Assembly: GCA_910586905.1 (NCBI GenBank)
Contig: CAJUIV010000001.1
Span: 61,081-125,080 of the forward strand
DNA: 64,000 nucleotides
Reading direction: 5' to 3'
Origin: an uncultured Christensenellaceae bacterium
GTDB taxonomy: Bacteria; Bacillota; Clostridia; Christensenellales; CAG-314
This document shows positions 8,891 to 18,206 of the stretch, piece by piece (within the stretch, counting starts at the first letter, position 1; each line of letters starts with the position of its first letter). The position numbers were made by a program, and so were the translations under genes. The notes under the pieces were generated by a model, which was not told where the DNA came from, did no database searches, and saw only the letters and a program-made list of their open reading frames with translations.

Positions 8891-8919
8891 ATTCTAGCAG
8901 ATTTCCTATGAAATGTCAA
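8891..8919 (-). promoter_or_regulatory. sigma-A type promoter driving the leader RNA and SPFH gene
   Basis: Minus strand: TTGACA (8919-8914), 17 nt, TAGAAT (8896-8891). Confidence 0.55.
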
Positions 8920-8981
8920 TATCGACAGATACGATTTTACTATAAAATCCGTTTTAGGATAGCATAAAGAGGCGTTTATAA

Positions 8982-10067
8982 TTATCCGAAAATGATAAAA
9001 TCGGCGTCTTTACCCAGTTCGATTGTTCCCAATCTATCCAGCATACCAATGCGTTTAGCGGGGTTAACCGTCCAGATTTTTATAGCTTCCGCAAGGGGCA
9101 GTCCCGTAAAAGTTACTGCGTTTGCAAGCCCTTGGTACGCGTCAAGCGTGCTGCCGGCGCGGATATCCGTACCAGTTATTTTAGCGTCGCCGTCTTTTAC
9201 AGTTACGTCGTTAACGCCCAATGTATACTGTCCGTCGGCAAGTCCCGTCGCCATTATGCTGTCCGTTATACCGACGACCTTGTCTATTCCTTTTGTTTTA
9301 ACCAACAGTCGCAAAACGTCTTTATCTACATGCTTGCCGTCGCATATTACCTCGCAGTACGCCGAACTTAACATGCCCGCGCCCACGACGTTTAAGTTGT
9401 GTCTATCCAAGGGCGCCATTGCGTTACCCCAATGCGTAAAAGAGTTTGCGCCGGCTTTCAACGCTTTAAATACGGTTTCGCCGTCCGCGCCGCTATGCCC
9501 CAACGATACGTTTACTTTCGCCGTAGTCGCTTCGACGATGAAATCGATTGCGCCGGGAAGTTCCGGCGCGACGGTTATTATTTTGATAAGTCCGTTCGCC
9601 GCTTTTTGATATTGTAAAAATTTGTCGAAAGAGGGCTTTTGCAAATATTCCGTAGGCATTGCGCCGCAATATTTTTCCGACAAAAACGGTCCTTCCAAAT
9701 GAATACCTTTGATTTCGGGATACTCCTTGGCCAACTCGGCTATCAAAGAAAGCTGACGGCAAATCGTTTCGTCCGAATCGGTCATAACCGTGGGGAATAC
9801 CGTACCGACTCCGTGAGAAATGTAAAATTCCAAAATCTTTTTCATTCCCTCGGTATCCGCGGAATTGAAGTCGTACCCGTTTGCTCCGTGCGTGTGAGTG
9901 TCTATCAAGGCGGGCAAAACGTACCTGCCCGTACAATCTATCACTTCGGTCTGCTCGTCGGGAACAACGTCTCGCTCTATCGCTATTATCCGTCCGTGAT
10001 TGGCGACTATATCCGTTTTAACAAGCTTACCGTCTATCAAAGCCGAACCGTTTTTATACAAAATCAT
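8982..10067 (-). CDS. nagA: N-acetylglucosamine-6-phosphate deacetylase
   Basis: LIDTHTHGANGYDF and HLEGPFLS motifs, amidohydrolase-fold length, AAGAGG Shine-Dalgarno. Confidence 0.9.
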   Translation of the reverse strand: MILYKNGSALIDGKLVKTDIVANHGRIIAIERDVVPDEQTEVIDCTGRYVLPALIDTHTHGANGYDFNSADTEGMKKILEFYISHGVGTVFPTVMTDSDETICRQLSLIAELAKEYPEIKGIHLEGPFLSEKYCGAMPTEYLQKPSFDKFLQYQKAANGLIKIITVAPELPGAIDFIVEATTAKVNVSLGHSGADGETVFKALKAGANSFTHWGNAMAPLDRHNLNVVGAGMLSSAYCEVICDGKHVDKDVLRLLVKTKGIDKVVGITDSIMATGLADGQYTLGVNDVTVKDGDAKITGTDIRAGSTLDAYQGLANAVTFTGLPLAEAIKIWTVNPAKRIGMLDRLGTIELGKDADFIIFG

Positions 10068-10230
10068 ATCTCATTACCTCTTAAATGCAGTTATATTGTA
10101 GCACAACGCAAAAAAGCGGTCAACAAATGTTTTCATTGCTTGTCATTTACATAAAATCGGCGTATACTATGATTGTTTTTAACAAAAAAAACGTTTTTTC
10201 GTAAAAAATACACTCTCGGAGGCAAACGTT

Positions 10231-11175
10231 ATGGCTGACGTTATGATAACGACGGACAAGCTAACCAAAATTTATAACGGAAAAACCGTTGTAAAGGACG
10301 TTAGCATACAAATTGAACGCGGTTCCATAGTGGGACTTGTGGGACAAAACGGCGCGGGCAAAACCACTCTGATCAGAATGCTTACAACACTGGTAAAACC
10401 GACGTCGGGAAGTTTTGCTTTGCTGCCGGGCCGTCAGCGCGACGACACTACCGTTGCGGCGATAGTAGAAAGACCGTCTATTTACAACAATCTTACGGGA
10501 AAAGACAATCTTATCGCGCAAAGCAAGCTTTTGGGGTTGAAAGCAGATAACGAATACTTAACGTACACTCTTACGCTTGTAGGTTTGGACGCCTCGTCGC
10601 CGAAATTAGTTAAAAACTATTCGCTAGGAATGAAACAGCGCTTGGCAATCGCTATGACGCTTGTAGGAAAACCCGAACTGTTGATTTTGGACGAACCGAC
10701 AAACGGGCTGGACCCTCAGGGCATTTACGATATGCGCGAAATTTTCGTTAAACTCAACCGCGAAATGGGCACGACTATACTTGTTTCAAGTCATATTCTT
10801 TCCGAATTGAGCAAGTTTGCCACCGATTTCTTTATTATGGATAAAGGACGCGTATTAAAGCATATTTCCGCCGACGAAATACGCAATTTGGGCGGAAAAC
10901 GCGTTAAAATGACCGTCGATAAAACGGAAGAGGCTAAAAAAGTTTTAGAGCAATACGGCAAGACGGAAATCGTTTCTTCCAACGAAATAGTATTGCAAAC
11001 CGAATCGGACGCTCCAATAACTCAAATTATGCTTTCGCTCGCTCAAGCCGAAATTACCGTTACGAACGTAAACCAAATGGGAGATTCGCTGGAAGAATAC
11101 TATATAGAACTGCTTAAAAAGGAAAAGCCGACGACTCCTCCCCAAAACTTCAAAATTAACGGAGGTTCGCTATGA
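10231..11175 (+). CDS. ABC transporter ATP-binding protein (ABC-2 exporter type)
   Basis: Walker A GQNGAGKTT, signature YSLGMKQRL, Walker B LLILDEPTNGLD, GGAGG Shine-Dalgarno. Confidence 0.9.
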   Translation: MADVMITTDKLTKIYNGKTVVKDVSIQIERGSIVGLVGQNGAGKTTLIRMLTTLVKPTSGSFALLPGRQRDDTTVAAIVERPSIYNNLTGKDNLIAQSKLLGLKADNEYLTYTLTLVGLDASSPKLVKNYSLGMKQRLAIAMTLVGKPELLILDEPTNGLDPQGIYDMREIFVKLNREMGTTILVSSHILSELSKFATDFFIMDKGRVLKHISADEIRNLGGKRVKMTVDKTEEAKKVLEQYGKTEIVSSNEIVLQTESDAPITQIMLSLAQAEITVTNVNQMGDSLEEYYIELLKKEKPTTPPQNFKINGGSL

Positions 11176-12002
11176 TTAACATTTTACGCACCGAGTTTTT
11201 CCGTCTTAAAAAGAGCAAACTGTTTTGGATATTCTTCGGTATATGCTGCGGACTACCGCTTTTAAGCGCCCTGTTAAACTTGGCGATGGCAGGTATTATC
11301 GAATCGATAACCGAACTGCCCGAAATGAGCGATTTGGCGGAATTACTGCGCTCGCTTAACGTAACTACCACAACGCTTTCGGGACTTTCGTCTTTGATGA
11401 GCGACGCGGCGTTATTTTCGCTTATTTGCTCGAGCGTATTTTTAAGCAAAGAATTTACCGACGGCACTATGCGCAACGTTTTGCTTGCCAACAAAAGCCG
11501 TAAGGAAATGTTTTTCTCCTACCTTATCGTTGCGATTGTAATAGGAGTTTCCTATTTGACTGCGTTTTTCGCCGCTACGATGCTGTTTGTAGCGACTCTG
11601 TTCGGTTTCGGAGATTTATCGGCTGGTGCAGCCGTTTCGGCATGCTTCTGTTCTTTCGCTTTGGGTATATTCGCTACGATTTTCGTGCAAACCTGCGTAA
11701 CAATGTTTTTATTCGCCGTTCGTAAACAATGGGCTACTATACTTTTCCCGATACTTATTTGCATGTTCGCTCCCACGATATTTACGCTAATCGTACAAAT
11801 CATATCCAATATACTGATTGTAAACGGAGAAATAATTTCCAACACTACGATAAGCTGGATACCGTTTGCAAACGTTACGATATACGACGCGGGCAAAATC
11901 GACGGCGGATTGATAGGCAAAATAGCTCTTTACTATTTGCTGTTCAGCGGGATTTTCGTAGTTTCGGGTTACTTTACTTTTGAAAAGGCCGATTTGAAAT
12001 AA
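11172..12002 (+). CDS. ABC-2 family transporter permease
   Basis: ATGA overlap with the ATPase gene. About six hydrophobic segments in 276 aa. Confidence 0.7.
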   Translation: MINILRTEFFRLKKSKLFWIFFGICCGLPLLSALLNLAMAGIIESITELPEMSDLAELLRSLNVTTTTLSGLSSLMSDAALFSLICSSVFLSKEFTDGTMRNVLLANKSRKEMFFSYLIVAIVIGVSYLTAFFAATMLFVATLFGFGDLSAGAAVSACFCSFALGIFATIFVQTCVTMFLFAVRKQWATILFPILICMFAPTIFTLIVQIISNILIVNGEIISNTTISWIPFANVTIYDAGKIDGGLIGKIALYYLLFSGIFVVSGYFTFEKADLK

Positions 12003-12037
12003 CGTTAAACGTCCTTGCATTAAATTTGTTTTAATAT

Positions 12038-12077
12038 AAAAGACCTACCGTTCTACGGGAACGATAGGTCTTATTTT
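12038..12077. terminator. bidirectional terminator between convergent genes
   Basis: AGACCTACCGTTC-tacgg-GAACGATAGGTCT flanked by A- and T-rich runs. Confidence 0.7.
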
Positions 12078-12089
12078 ACGCGGCGTAAT

Positions 12090-13748
12090 CTATTTACAAT
12101 CGAACAATTTGTCGAGCTGACGTTTTATCGCTTCGAACTTAATTTCGTTTTCCTCTTTATCTCCGCAAACCGAAATATAGCATTTGACAAGCGGTTCCGT
12201 GCCGCTGGGACGGATTATCAAGCGGCTGCCGTCTTTACTATTTAAACGCAAAACGTCCGATTTGGGCAAATCGTATTCCGTCTGAGTTAAAAAGTCGCAC
12301 TTGTTTTCTACGGGACTGTTTCCGAGCGCAGTTACGGACGCGTTTCTTAAATCGGAAAGTAATTTTGCCTTGACCGCTTCGCCCTCTACGCCGTCGAAAC
12401 GGTAGCTTATCTGTTTGCTCGCATACATTCCGAATTCGGCGTACAGTTCGTTTAAACGCCCGCAAAGCGTTTTTCCGCTGCGCTTATGATAATCGGCGCA
12501 TTCGGCTATAAGCAGACTTGCAATAACTCCGTCCTTATCGCGGACGTAAGAGCCTTTGAGATAGCCGCAGCTCTCCTCGAACCCGAAAACGAATCTGTCC
12601 CGTTCGCCTTTCTTTTCCAGCTTATTTATAACGTCGCCTATGTATTTAAACCCTGTCAAAACGTTCTTAACTTCCGCGCCGTATTTTGCCGCTACGGCGT
12701 CTACCATAGGCGTAGTTACTATGGTTTTAACTACTACGGGATTTTTAGGCAGTTCGTTTTTACTTGCTAAGCGAGTTAAAACGTAATCCAACAGCAAAAC
12801 GCCGACCTCGTTACCGTTAAGCTGAACGTAACCGCCGTTATCCTTTACGGCGACGCCGAGCCTATCGCAATCGGGGTCGTTGGCGATGACTATGTCCGAT
12901 TGTTTTTCTTCGGCAAGCTTTATAGCGAGATTTAACGCTTCGCGCTTTTCGGGATTGGGATAGGGACAGGTTAAAAACCGACCGTCGGGTTTAGACTGTT
13001 CGTTTACGACGGTTAAATTGTCAAGTCCGTTTAGGCGCAGCGTTTCGGGAACGATTTTGTAACCGGCGCCGTTTAAAGGAGTGTATACCGCCGATAAATT
13101 TTCTATTCTGCTCAGACTTTGCGATAGCACGCATTTTACGTATTCTTTCTCGGCTTCGCCGCCGCAATAAACGATTTGTTTTCCTATATAATCGTTAAAA
13201 TCCGGTAGCGGTTTTTCGAACGTGTCCACGCGCTCTATGTATTCCGTAACTTTTAAAGCCGCTTCGTCGGTAAGCTGACAGCCGTAAGAATCGTACACTT
13301 TGTAACCGTTGTAGTCGGAGGGATTGTGGCTCGCCGTAACGTTAACGCCGGCGGAACACTCGTAATACCTCACCATAAAGGACAAAAAGGGCGTAGGCAT
13401 ACATTCTTTCGTAAAATACACCTTGATTCCGTGGCAGGCCAAAGTTGCGGCGGTTATTTCGCCGAACAATTTGCCGTTAAAACGCGAGTCGTAAGTTACG
13501 GCGCAGCTCGTCATTTTTCTATCGTCCATATAACGCGCCAAGCCTTCGGTTGCGCGGTATACGGTATACGCGTTCATGCGATCCGTGCCTGCGGTCATTA
13601 TTCCGCGCAATCCCGCCGTCCCGAATTGTAAATCTTTACTGAACGCATTTATTACGTCCTGTTCGCTCATTTTGCGCAAACTGTTTTGCACCGACTCGTC
13701 TTTTGCGTATTTTAGCCAGCGCTCGTATTCCTTTTTACAATCGTTCAT
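12090..13748 (-). CDS. phosphoglucomutase/phosphomannomutase (alpha-D-phosphohexomutase family)
   Basis: Active-site loop TASHNPSDYNGYKV, metal loop DPDCDRLG, 552 aa four-domain size. Confidence 0.85.
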   Translation of the reverse strand: MNDCKKEYERWLKYAKDESVQNSLRKMSEQDVINAFSKDLQFGTAGLRGIMTAGTDRMNAYTVYRATEGLARYMDDRKMTSCAVTYDSRFNGKLFGEITAATLACHGIKVYFTKECMPTPFLSFMVRYYECSAGVNVTASHNPSDYNGYKVYDSYGCQLTDEAALKVTEYIERVDTFEKPLPDFNDYIGKQIVYCGGEAEKEYVKCVLSQSLSRIENLSAVYTPLNGAGYKIVPETLRLNGLDNLTVVNEQSKPDGRFLTCPYPNPEKREALNLAIKLAEEKQSDIVIANDPDCDRLGVAVKDNGGYVQLNGNEVGVLLLDYVLTRLASKNELPKNPVVVKTIVTTPMVDAVAAKYGAEVKNVLTGFKYIGDVINKLEKKGERDRFVFGFEESCGYLKGSYVRDKDGVIASLLIAECADYHKRSGKTLCGRLNELYAEFGMYASKQISYRFDGVEGEAVKAKLLSDLRNASVTALGNSPVENKCDFLTQTEYDLPKSDVLRLNSKDGSRLIIRPSGTEPLVKCYISVCGDKEENEIKFEAIKRQLDKLFDCK

Positions 13749-13761
13749 ATCTAACCTCGCG

Positions 13762-15000
13762 TTATTTTACTTTTAAATCGTTTTCGTTCAAATAAATTTC
13801 CGACGACAAAAACGCCGTCAAACATTGAGTCATAACGTCTACGTCCCGCGCGCCGCACGTTTCGCAAGCCGAGTGCATCGCCAACATAGCGATTCCGATA
13901 TCGCACGTTTTCATACCAAGCGTTTTAGACGTTACTAATCCGAGCGTGCTTCCGCAGCGAACGTCGCTGCGGTTAAAATATTCCTGATATTTGACGTTGT
14001 TAGTTTGCAATAGTTTTTTCAAAACCGCGGCGCTAAGTCCGTCGGTTGCGTAGTTGGGATGGCGCTTGATTACCACTCCTCCGTTTAGCGACGTTTTGTT
14101 TACGGGGTCGGCTTTTTCGTTGTGCGCGGGATGAAAAGCGTGTCCGTTGTCAACCGATAAAACGAGTCCGTTTTCTTTTGCCGATAAAATTTCGGTTTCG
14201 TTCATATTTAACGCGCAGCATATAGCCGTTAAAGCTTGGCTGATAAATTCGGGCGAACCTTGGCGAGTGCCGCTGCCGATTTCTTCGTTATCCAAACACG
14301 CCGCGACGGCGATATCGGAAGCGCTGCAATTTACCAGCGCGGTTACGGAAGAATATACGCTGGTTAAATTGTCCAGCCTTGACGAACTTAAAAATTCTCC
14401 CTTAGCGCCGCTTTCAAACGAACGGCAATCGGGAACTACGTACAAATCAGCGTCTATCACTTTTTCATCTGTAAGACTGCCATATAAATCCGTTTCGCTT
14501 TGCGACCATATCGGCAGCATATCAGTTTGGGGATTTAACGATAAATTCGAATTGGCGTTAGGGTTGTGATGAATAGCCAAACTCGGAATAACTACGTTAT
14601 AATCGCTAACGACAAGTTCCTGCTTTAAACCGTCTGGCGTTTCAGTCAAAATTCTACCAGCAATTTTAAGCGGCCTGTCTAAAAAGGAATACAACAACCC
14701 GCCGCCGTATTGCTCGACGTTCAATCTTTTTAAATCGCCTTCGACAATCCGACAGCCTTTGATTTTCAGCGACGGACTGTCCGTATGACTTTCGCAGATG
14801 TTAAATACTTTGTTTTTTCCTATTTTAAAAGCAATGACCGAACTTCCGTTTCGAGTAATATAATATTTGCCGTTAAGCGATAAATTCCATTTTTCACCTA
14901 ACGTCAACCGTACGAATCCGTTTTCGTCCAAGTACCTGCAAACGTTGGCCGCCGCGTGATACGCGGTGTAACTTTCGTTCAAAAAATCTTTAAGCCGCAT
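13762..15000 (-). CDS. M18-family aminopeptidase (aspartyl/glutamyl aminopeptidase-like)
   Basis: SHTDSPSLKIK, LDNEEIGSGTRQG and a C-terminal AMHS motif. GGAGGAAAT Shine-Dalgarno. Confidence 0.8.
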   Translation of the reverse strand: MRLKDFLNESYTAYHAAANVCRYLDENGFVRLTLGEKWNLSLNGKYYITRNGSSVIAFKIGKNKVFNICESHTDSPSLKIKGCRIVEGDLKRLNVEQYGGGLLYSFLDRPLKIAGRILTETPDGLKQELVVSDYNVVIPSLAIHHNPNANSNLSLNPQTDMLPIWSQSETDLYGSLTDEKVIDADLYVVPDCRSFESGAKGEFLSSSRLDNLTSVYSSVTALVNCSASDIAVAACLDNEEIGSGTRQGSPEFISQALTAICCALNMNETEILSAKENGLVLSVDNGHAFHPAHNEKADPVNKTSLNGGVVIKRHPNYATDGLSAAVLKKLLQTNNVKYQEYFNRSDVRCGSTLGLVTSKTLGMKTCDIGIAMLAMHSACETCGARDVDVMTQCLTAFLSSEIYLNENDLKVK

Positions 15001-15030
15001 ATTTCCTCCTTAATCAAGGCTCTGCAAAAT

Positions 15031-15906
15031 CTACTTATTTTCCGTTACGCTTTTTACTATGTGCTTTGCGTATAATTCCGCCACGTTTACTCCCGTCGCC
15101 CGCTCCATTGCTTCGAACATAGCGTTGCTGTTTACTTCGCAGACGAGCGGTTCGTCTCCGAGAAGCACGTCTATACCGCAATAATCCAAACCGATAACGC
15201 GTGCGCACTTTTCGCACAAAAGGCGAATGTCGTCGGGAATCTCCGCCGCTTCAGCAAGTCCGCCGTGCTGTATGTTGGAACGGAAATCGTGTGAATTCCG
15301 TCTTAACATCGCGCAGACGGCTTTGCCGCCTATGACTATTACGCGCATATCTTTGCCGCTGCTTTTCTTGATGTATTGCTGGAACAGATACGGTTTAAAT
15401 TTGATTTTCCGCACCGTTTCAAACAGTTCGTCCGCGCGTCTAACCAAATAAACCTGTTCGCCGAAACTGCCGTGGCATTCCTTTACCACAAGCGGAAGCC
15501 CCAACAAATCGATAACGGAATTGAGATATTCTTTCGAAATTTCTCCGTCGTTTTTGTAACACAACGCGCCGGAAAGAGTTTTGGGCATAGCGACGCCGCA
15601 GTTGGCAAGCGAGATATGCGTCAGCATTTTATCGTCGCAGATTTCCGTAGCCGATGCGCTGTTAAAAACTCTAAATCCGCATTTTTCCAGCATACGGGCG
15701 ACGTATTTGTCTTTATCGAAGTACAAAACGAAATCGTCGCTTACACCGCTTACGATTTTGCCGTTTTCGATTCGCGTCAAAAACAAATCGTTTGACAAAA
15801 CCCTCATATCCACGCCCAAGTTTGCAAACTCGCAAAGCATACGCGTTCGCTTGTTAAGCTGAACGTCGCTAGTATCGTACGGATTAGTTATTATAAGTCC
15901 TTTCAT
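15031..15906 (-). CDS. RimK-type ATP-grasp alpha-L-glutamate ligase family protein
   Basis: ATP-grasp pattern LVVKECHGSFGEQVYLV, DMRVIVIGGKAVCAMLR, GIDVL...EVNSNAMF. 291 aa. Confidence 0.8.
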   Translation of the reverse strand: MKGLIITNPYDTSDVQLNKRTRMLCEFANLGVDMRVLSNDLFLTRIENGKIVSGVSDDFVLYFDKDKYVARMLEKCGFRVFNSASATEICDDKMLTHISLANCGVAMPKTLSGALCYKNDGEISKEYLNSVIDLLGLPLVVKECHGSFGEQVYLVRRADELFETVRKIKFKPYLFQQYIKKSSGKDMRVIVIGGKAVCAMLRRNSHDFRSNIQHGGLAEAAEIPDDIRLLCEKCARVIGLDYCGIDVLLGDEPLVCEVNSNAMFEAMERATGVNVAELYAKHIVKSVTENK

Positions 15907-15988
15907 ATATCTGCAATAATATCACAAAAAAATGGCTTAGTCAAACGAGCGCACAATAAAAAAGCGCTCTTTAAAAAGAGCGCGCAGG

Positions 15989-17110
15989 TCATTTTTCAAT
16001 TACTTCGACTTTTAGATTAACATTGAATTCTTCCATAGGTTTGTTTTCCAATTCTTTGTTAGAGCCTTGTTTTTGACGGTATAAATCGTGAATTTTTATC
16101 AAATCGAAATTTTGCGAAATTTGCCTGTCTATAACCGCTTGCGAAAGCTGTCGGGCTTGTTCGGTAATATCGTTAATCGTTTCTTTGGGTATTTCCTTCT
16201 TGTCCTGCGAAACAAACACCCCTTCCACGTCGGCGCTGTCCGTTCTTGCCAGTTTGACGAACAGTTTAATGGTAATGGTTACTTCGCCGTCTTTTATTTT
16301 TTTATCGATTTTTTTGCTGTTGACGTTTACCGTCAATAATTTGCCCGACGCGTCCGAAGAAAACGTATCGCCCAAAACTTTGTCGTTAAACAGCGCCAAA
16401 CCTATAGATTCGTCCGGCGTCAAATCGCAGTCGAAATTATTGTCGCGGAATACCGTCAAATCGTTTATGGTAAAAAAGCCTTGCTCTTGGTCGGGTTTGT
16501 TGGAATCGGTATTTTGCGAAGGCAGAAATTTAACTTTGTTGAGAAAGCCCGTTTTCAACATATTTTTTTGACTAAGCGTATAGTCCAATAACGTATTGGT
16601 TACGATAGCCACTTTTTTAGCTTGGTCCTGAAGCAAAGTGGTAAGCGCAAGCGATACGCTCTGCGCTACGGCGGGACCTTTATTCATCAATTCCTCGGCG
16701 GAACCTTCGCAGCAGCAAATGGCGGAGCTCTCCTTAAAACTGTCGGAATTGATAAAGTAATCAATCGTATCCGCAAAGTCGGTGTTTTCGTAGAAATCCT
16801 GACCGAGAATAATCAGCAGACATCTGCCCAGCGAAGCTTCTTTACCCGTGAGTTCCGCAATTTTCTGAATAGCCTGTCCCACGCTTCTGCCGTTGGCGGA
16901 AACTATTTTGCTGTACGTTCCGACTTGTTCGGAACCGTTGCCAGGACTTACTATTTCCGCAGTCAGGCGAACGCCGTCTTCAAGTTTATCTACTCCTACT
17001 CCGATTATGATAGCTCTGTTCATTATGTTGCTTCCTACGAAGCTCGAGGAAATCAAAAGCAATACGGCGAGCGCGGCTATAACGATTGCCGTTCTTTTTA
17101 TATCATCCAT
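15989..17110 (-). CDS. Ger(x)C-family spore germination lipoprotein
   Basis: Third gene of a GerA-type operon. Size and sequence style match the GerAC family. GGAGGTG Shine-Dalgarno. Overlaps the preceding gene by 8 nt. Confidence 0.75.
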   Translation of the reverse strand: MDDIKRTAIVIAALAVLLLISSSFVGSNIMNRAIIIGVGVDKLEDGVRLTAEIVSPGNGSEQVGTYSKIVSANGRSVGQAIQKIAELTGKEASLGRCLLIILGQDFYENTDFADTIDYFINSDSFKESSAICCCEGSAEELMNKGPAVAQSVSLALTTLLQDQAKKVAIVTNTLLDYTLSQKNMLKTGFLNKVKFLPSQNTDSNKPDQEQGFFTINDLTVFRDNNFDCDLTPDESIGLALFNDKVLGDTFSSDASGKLLTVNVNSKKIDKKIKDGEVTITIKLFVKLARTDSADVEGVFVSQDKKEIPKETINDITEQARQLSQAVIDRQISQNFDLIKIHDLYRQKQGSNKELENKPMEEFNVNLKVEVIEK

Positions 17111-18206
17111 TTGCCACCTCCTTACGTAAAGCCAATTTTGTTAAAAACGGTAATGCGATGGGCAAAAGATATTGTACGAGCACGAATGGCACGAGTCCCC
17201 ACATTACTACCGTGGACAAAACCACGTCGGCGGATATAAACATCGGCAGCATCAGTAAAGCCACAATAAACACTCCCGCGTACCAGTTAAATTTGTCTTT
17301 GTTGAAACCGAATATTTTTTCCAAACTTTTGTACGCGCAGTAAATAAATACGATAATCTTTATGATAACCGACATAAGCCATATCGATAACGTAAGCCAG
17401 TCCCAACGTCCGTTGGAAGAATTGGACACGAAATACACGCCGATTTTAGTCATTGCCAAATCGAAATCCTGCGCTAAATCGCCGTACAAAGCGACGAACA
17501 TCGCGTTCATCAAAACCGTTAAAACCGCGCCGATAACAAACGCAACTATCACGGGCGCAAATACGCGGTTTTTGTTGACTTTTATGCTGTCGAACACAAA
17601 GTAAATAAACAGATAGTCGCTGAACCAAAAACTTCTTGTAAAAGAGGTTGCTAAAATTTTACCCCACCCAGCTTCGCCGACAGGCAAAAGAGATGTAAAC
17701 TCTACCTGTGAAATAGGCGAAAATACCAGTACGAATACGCAGATAAAAATTATACCGAACAGCAGCTGCGTTGTTCGCGCAATGGAATTAAATCCCAGTT
17801 TTACAGCGAAAAAGCTTATGACCACTATGGGTATTACGTAAACTATCCAGTTTGTGCTTACGTCGAAAGTTACGGCGAACATTTTATAACAACTGGAAAG
17901 CAGTATGTTTGCGCGGATAATAAATATCGCGAAAAATATCGCCATAACGATTTTGCTGACCACTTTGGTTACGGTTCTGTCTAAAATAGCGGAAATGTCA
18001 AGTTGTTTTTCCTGATTTAAGCGCACGGCAAACAGCAAAAACACCAGACATATCGCATCCCACAAAAAGCTGAACAATAAAACCAGCCAACTGTCGTGCC
18101 CTACGTCTTTAGCTAAAATTGACGGCAGAGTTAAAAACTTACCTCCCGCAATGGACAGCAAATATAACAAAGCGAGCTGATTGATTCCTATCCTGTTTTT
18201 GTCCAT
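17103..18206 (-). CDS. spore germination protein, GerAB/GerKB-type permease subunit
   Basis: About 10 TM segments with an N-terminus like the amino-acid-permease-like GerB family (INQLALLYLLSIAGGKFLTLPS). TAATG junction with the upstream gene. Confidence 0.8.
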   Translation of the reverse strand: MDKNRIGINQLALLYLLSIAGGKFLTLPSILAKDVGHDSWLVLLFSFLWDAICLVFLLFAVRLNQEKQLDISAILDRTVTKVVSKIVMAIFFAIFIIRANILLSSCYKMFAVTFDVSTNWIVYVIPIVVISFFAVKLGFNSIARTTQLLFGIIFICVFVLVFSPISQVEFTSLLPVGEAGWGKILATSFTRSFWFSDYLFIYFVFDSIKVNKNRVFAPVIVAFVIGAVLTVLMNAMFVALYGDLAQDFDLAMTKIGVYFVSNSSNGRWDWLTLSIWLMSVIIKIIVFIYCAYKSLEKIFGFNKDKFNWYAGVFIVALLMLPMFISADVVLSTVVMWGLVPFVLVQYLLPIALPFLTKLALRKEVANG

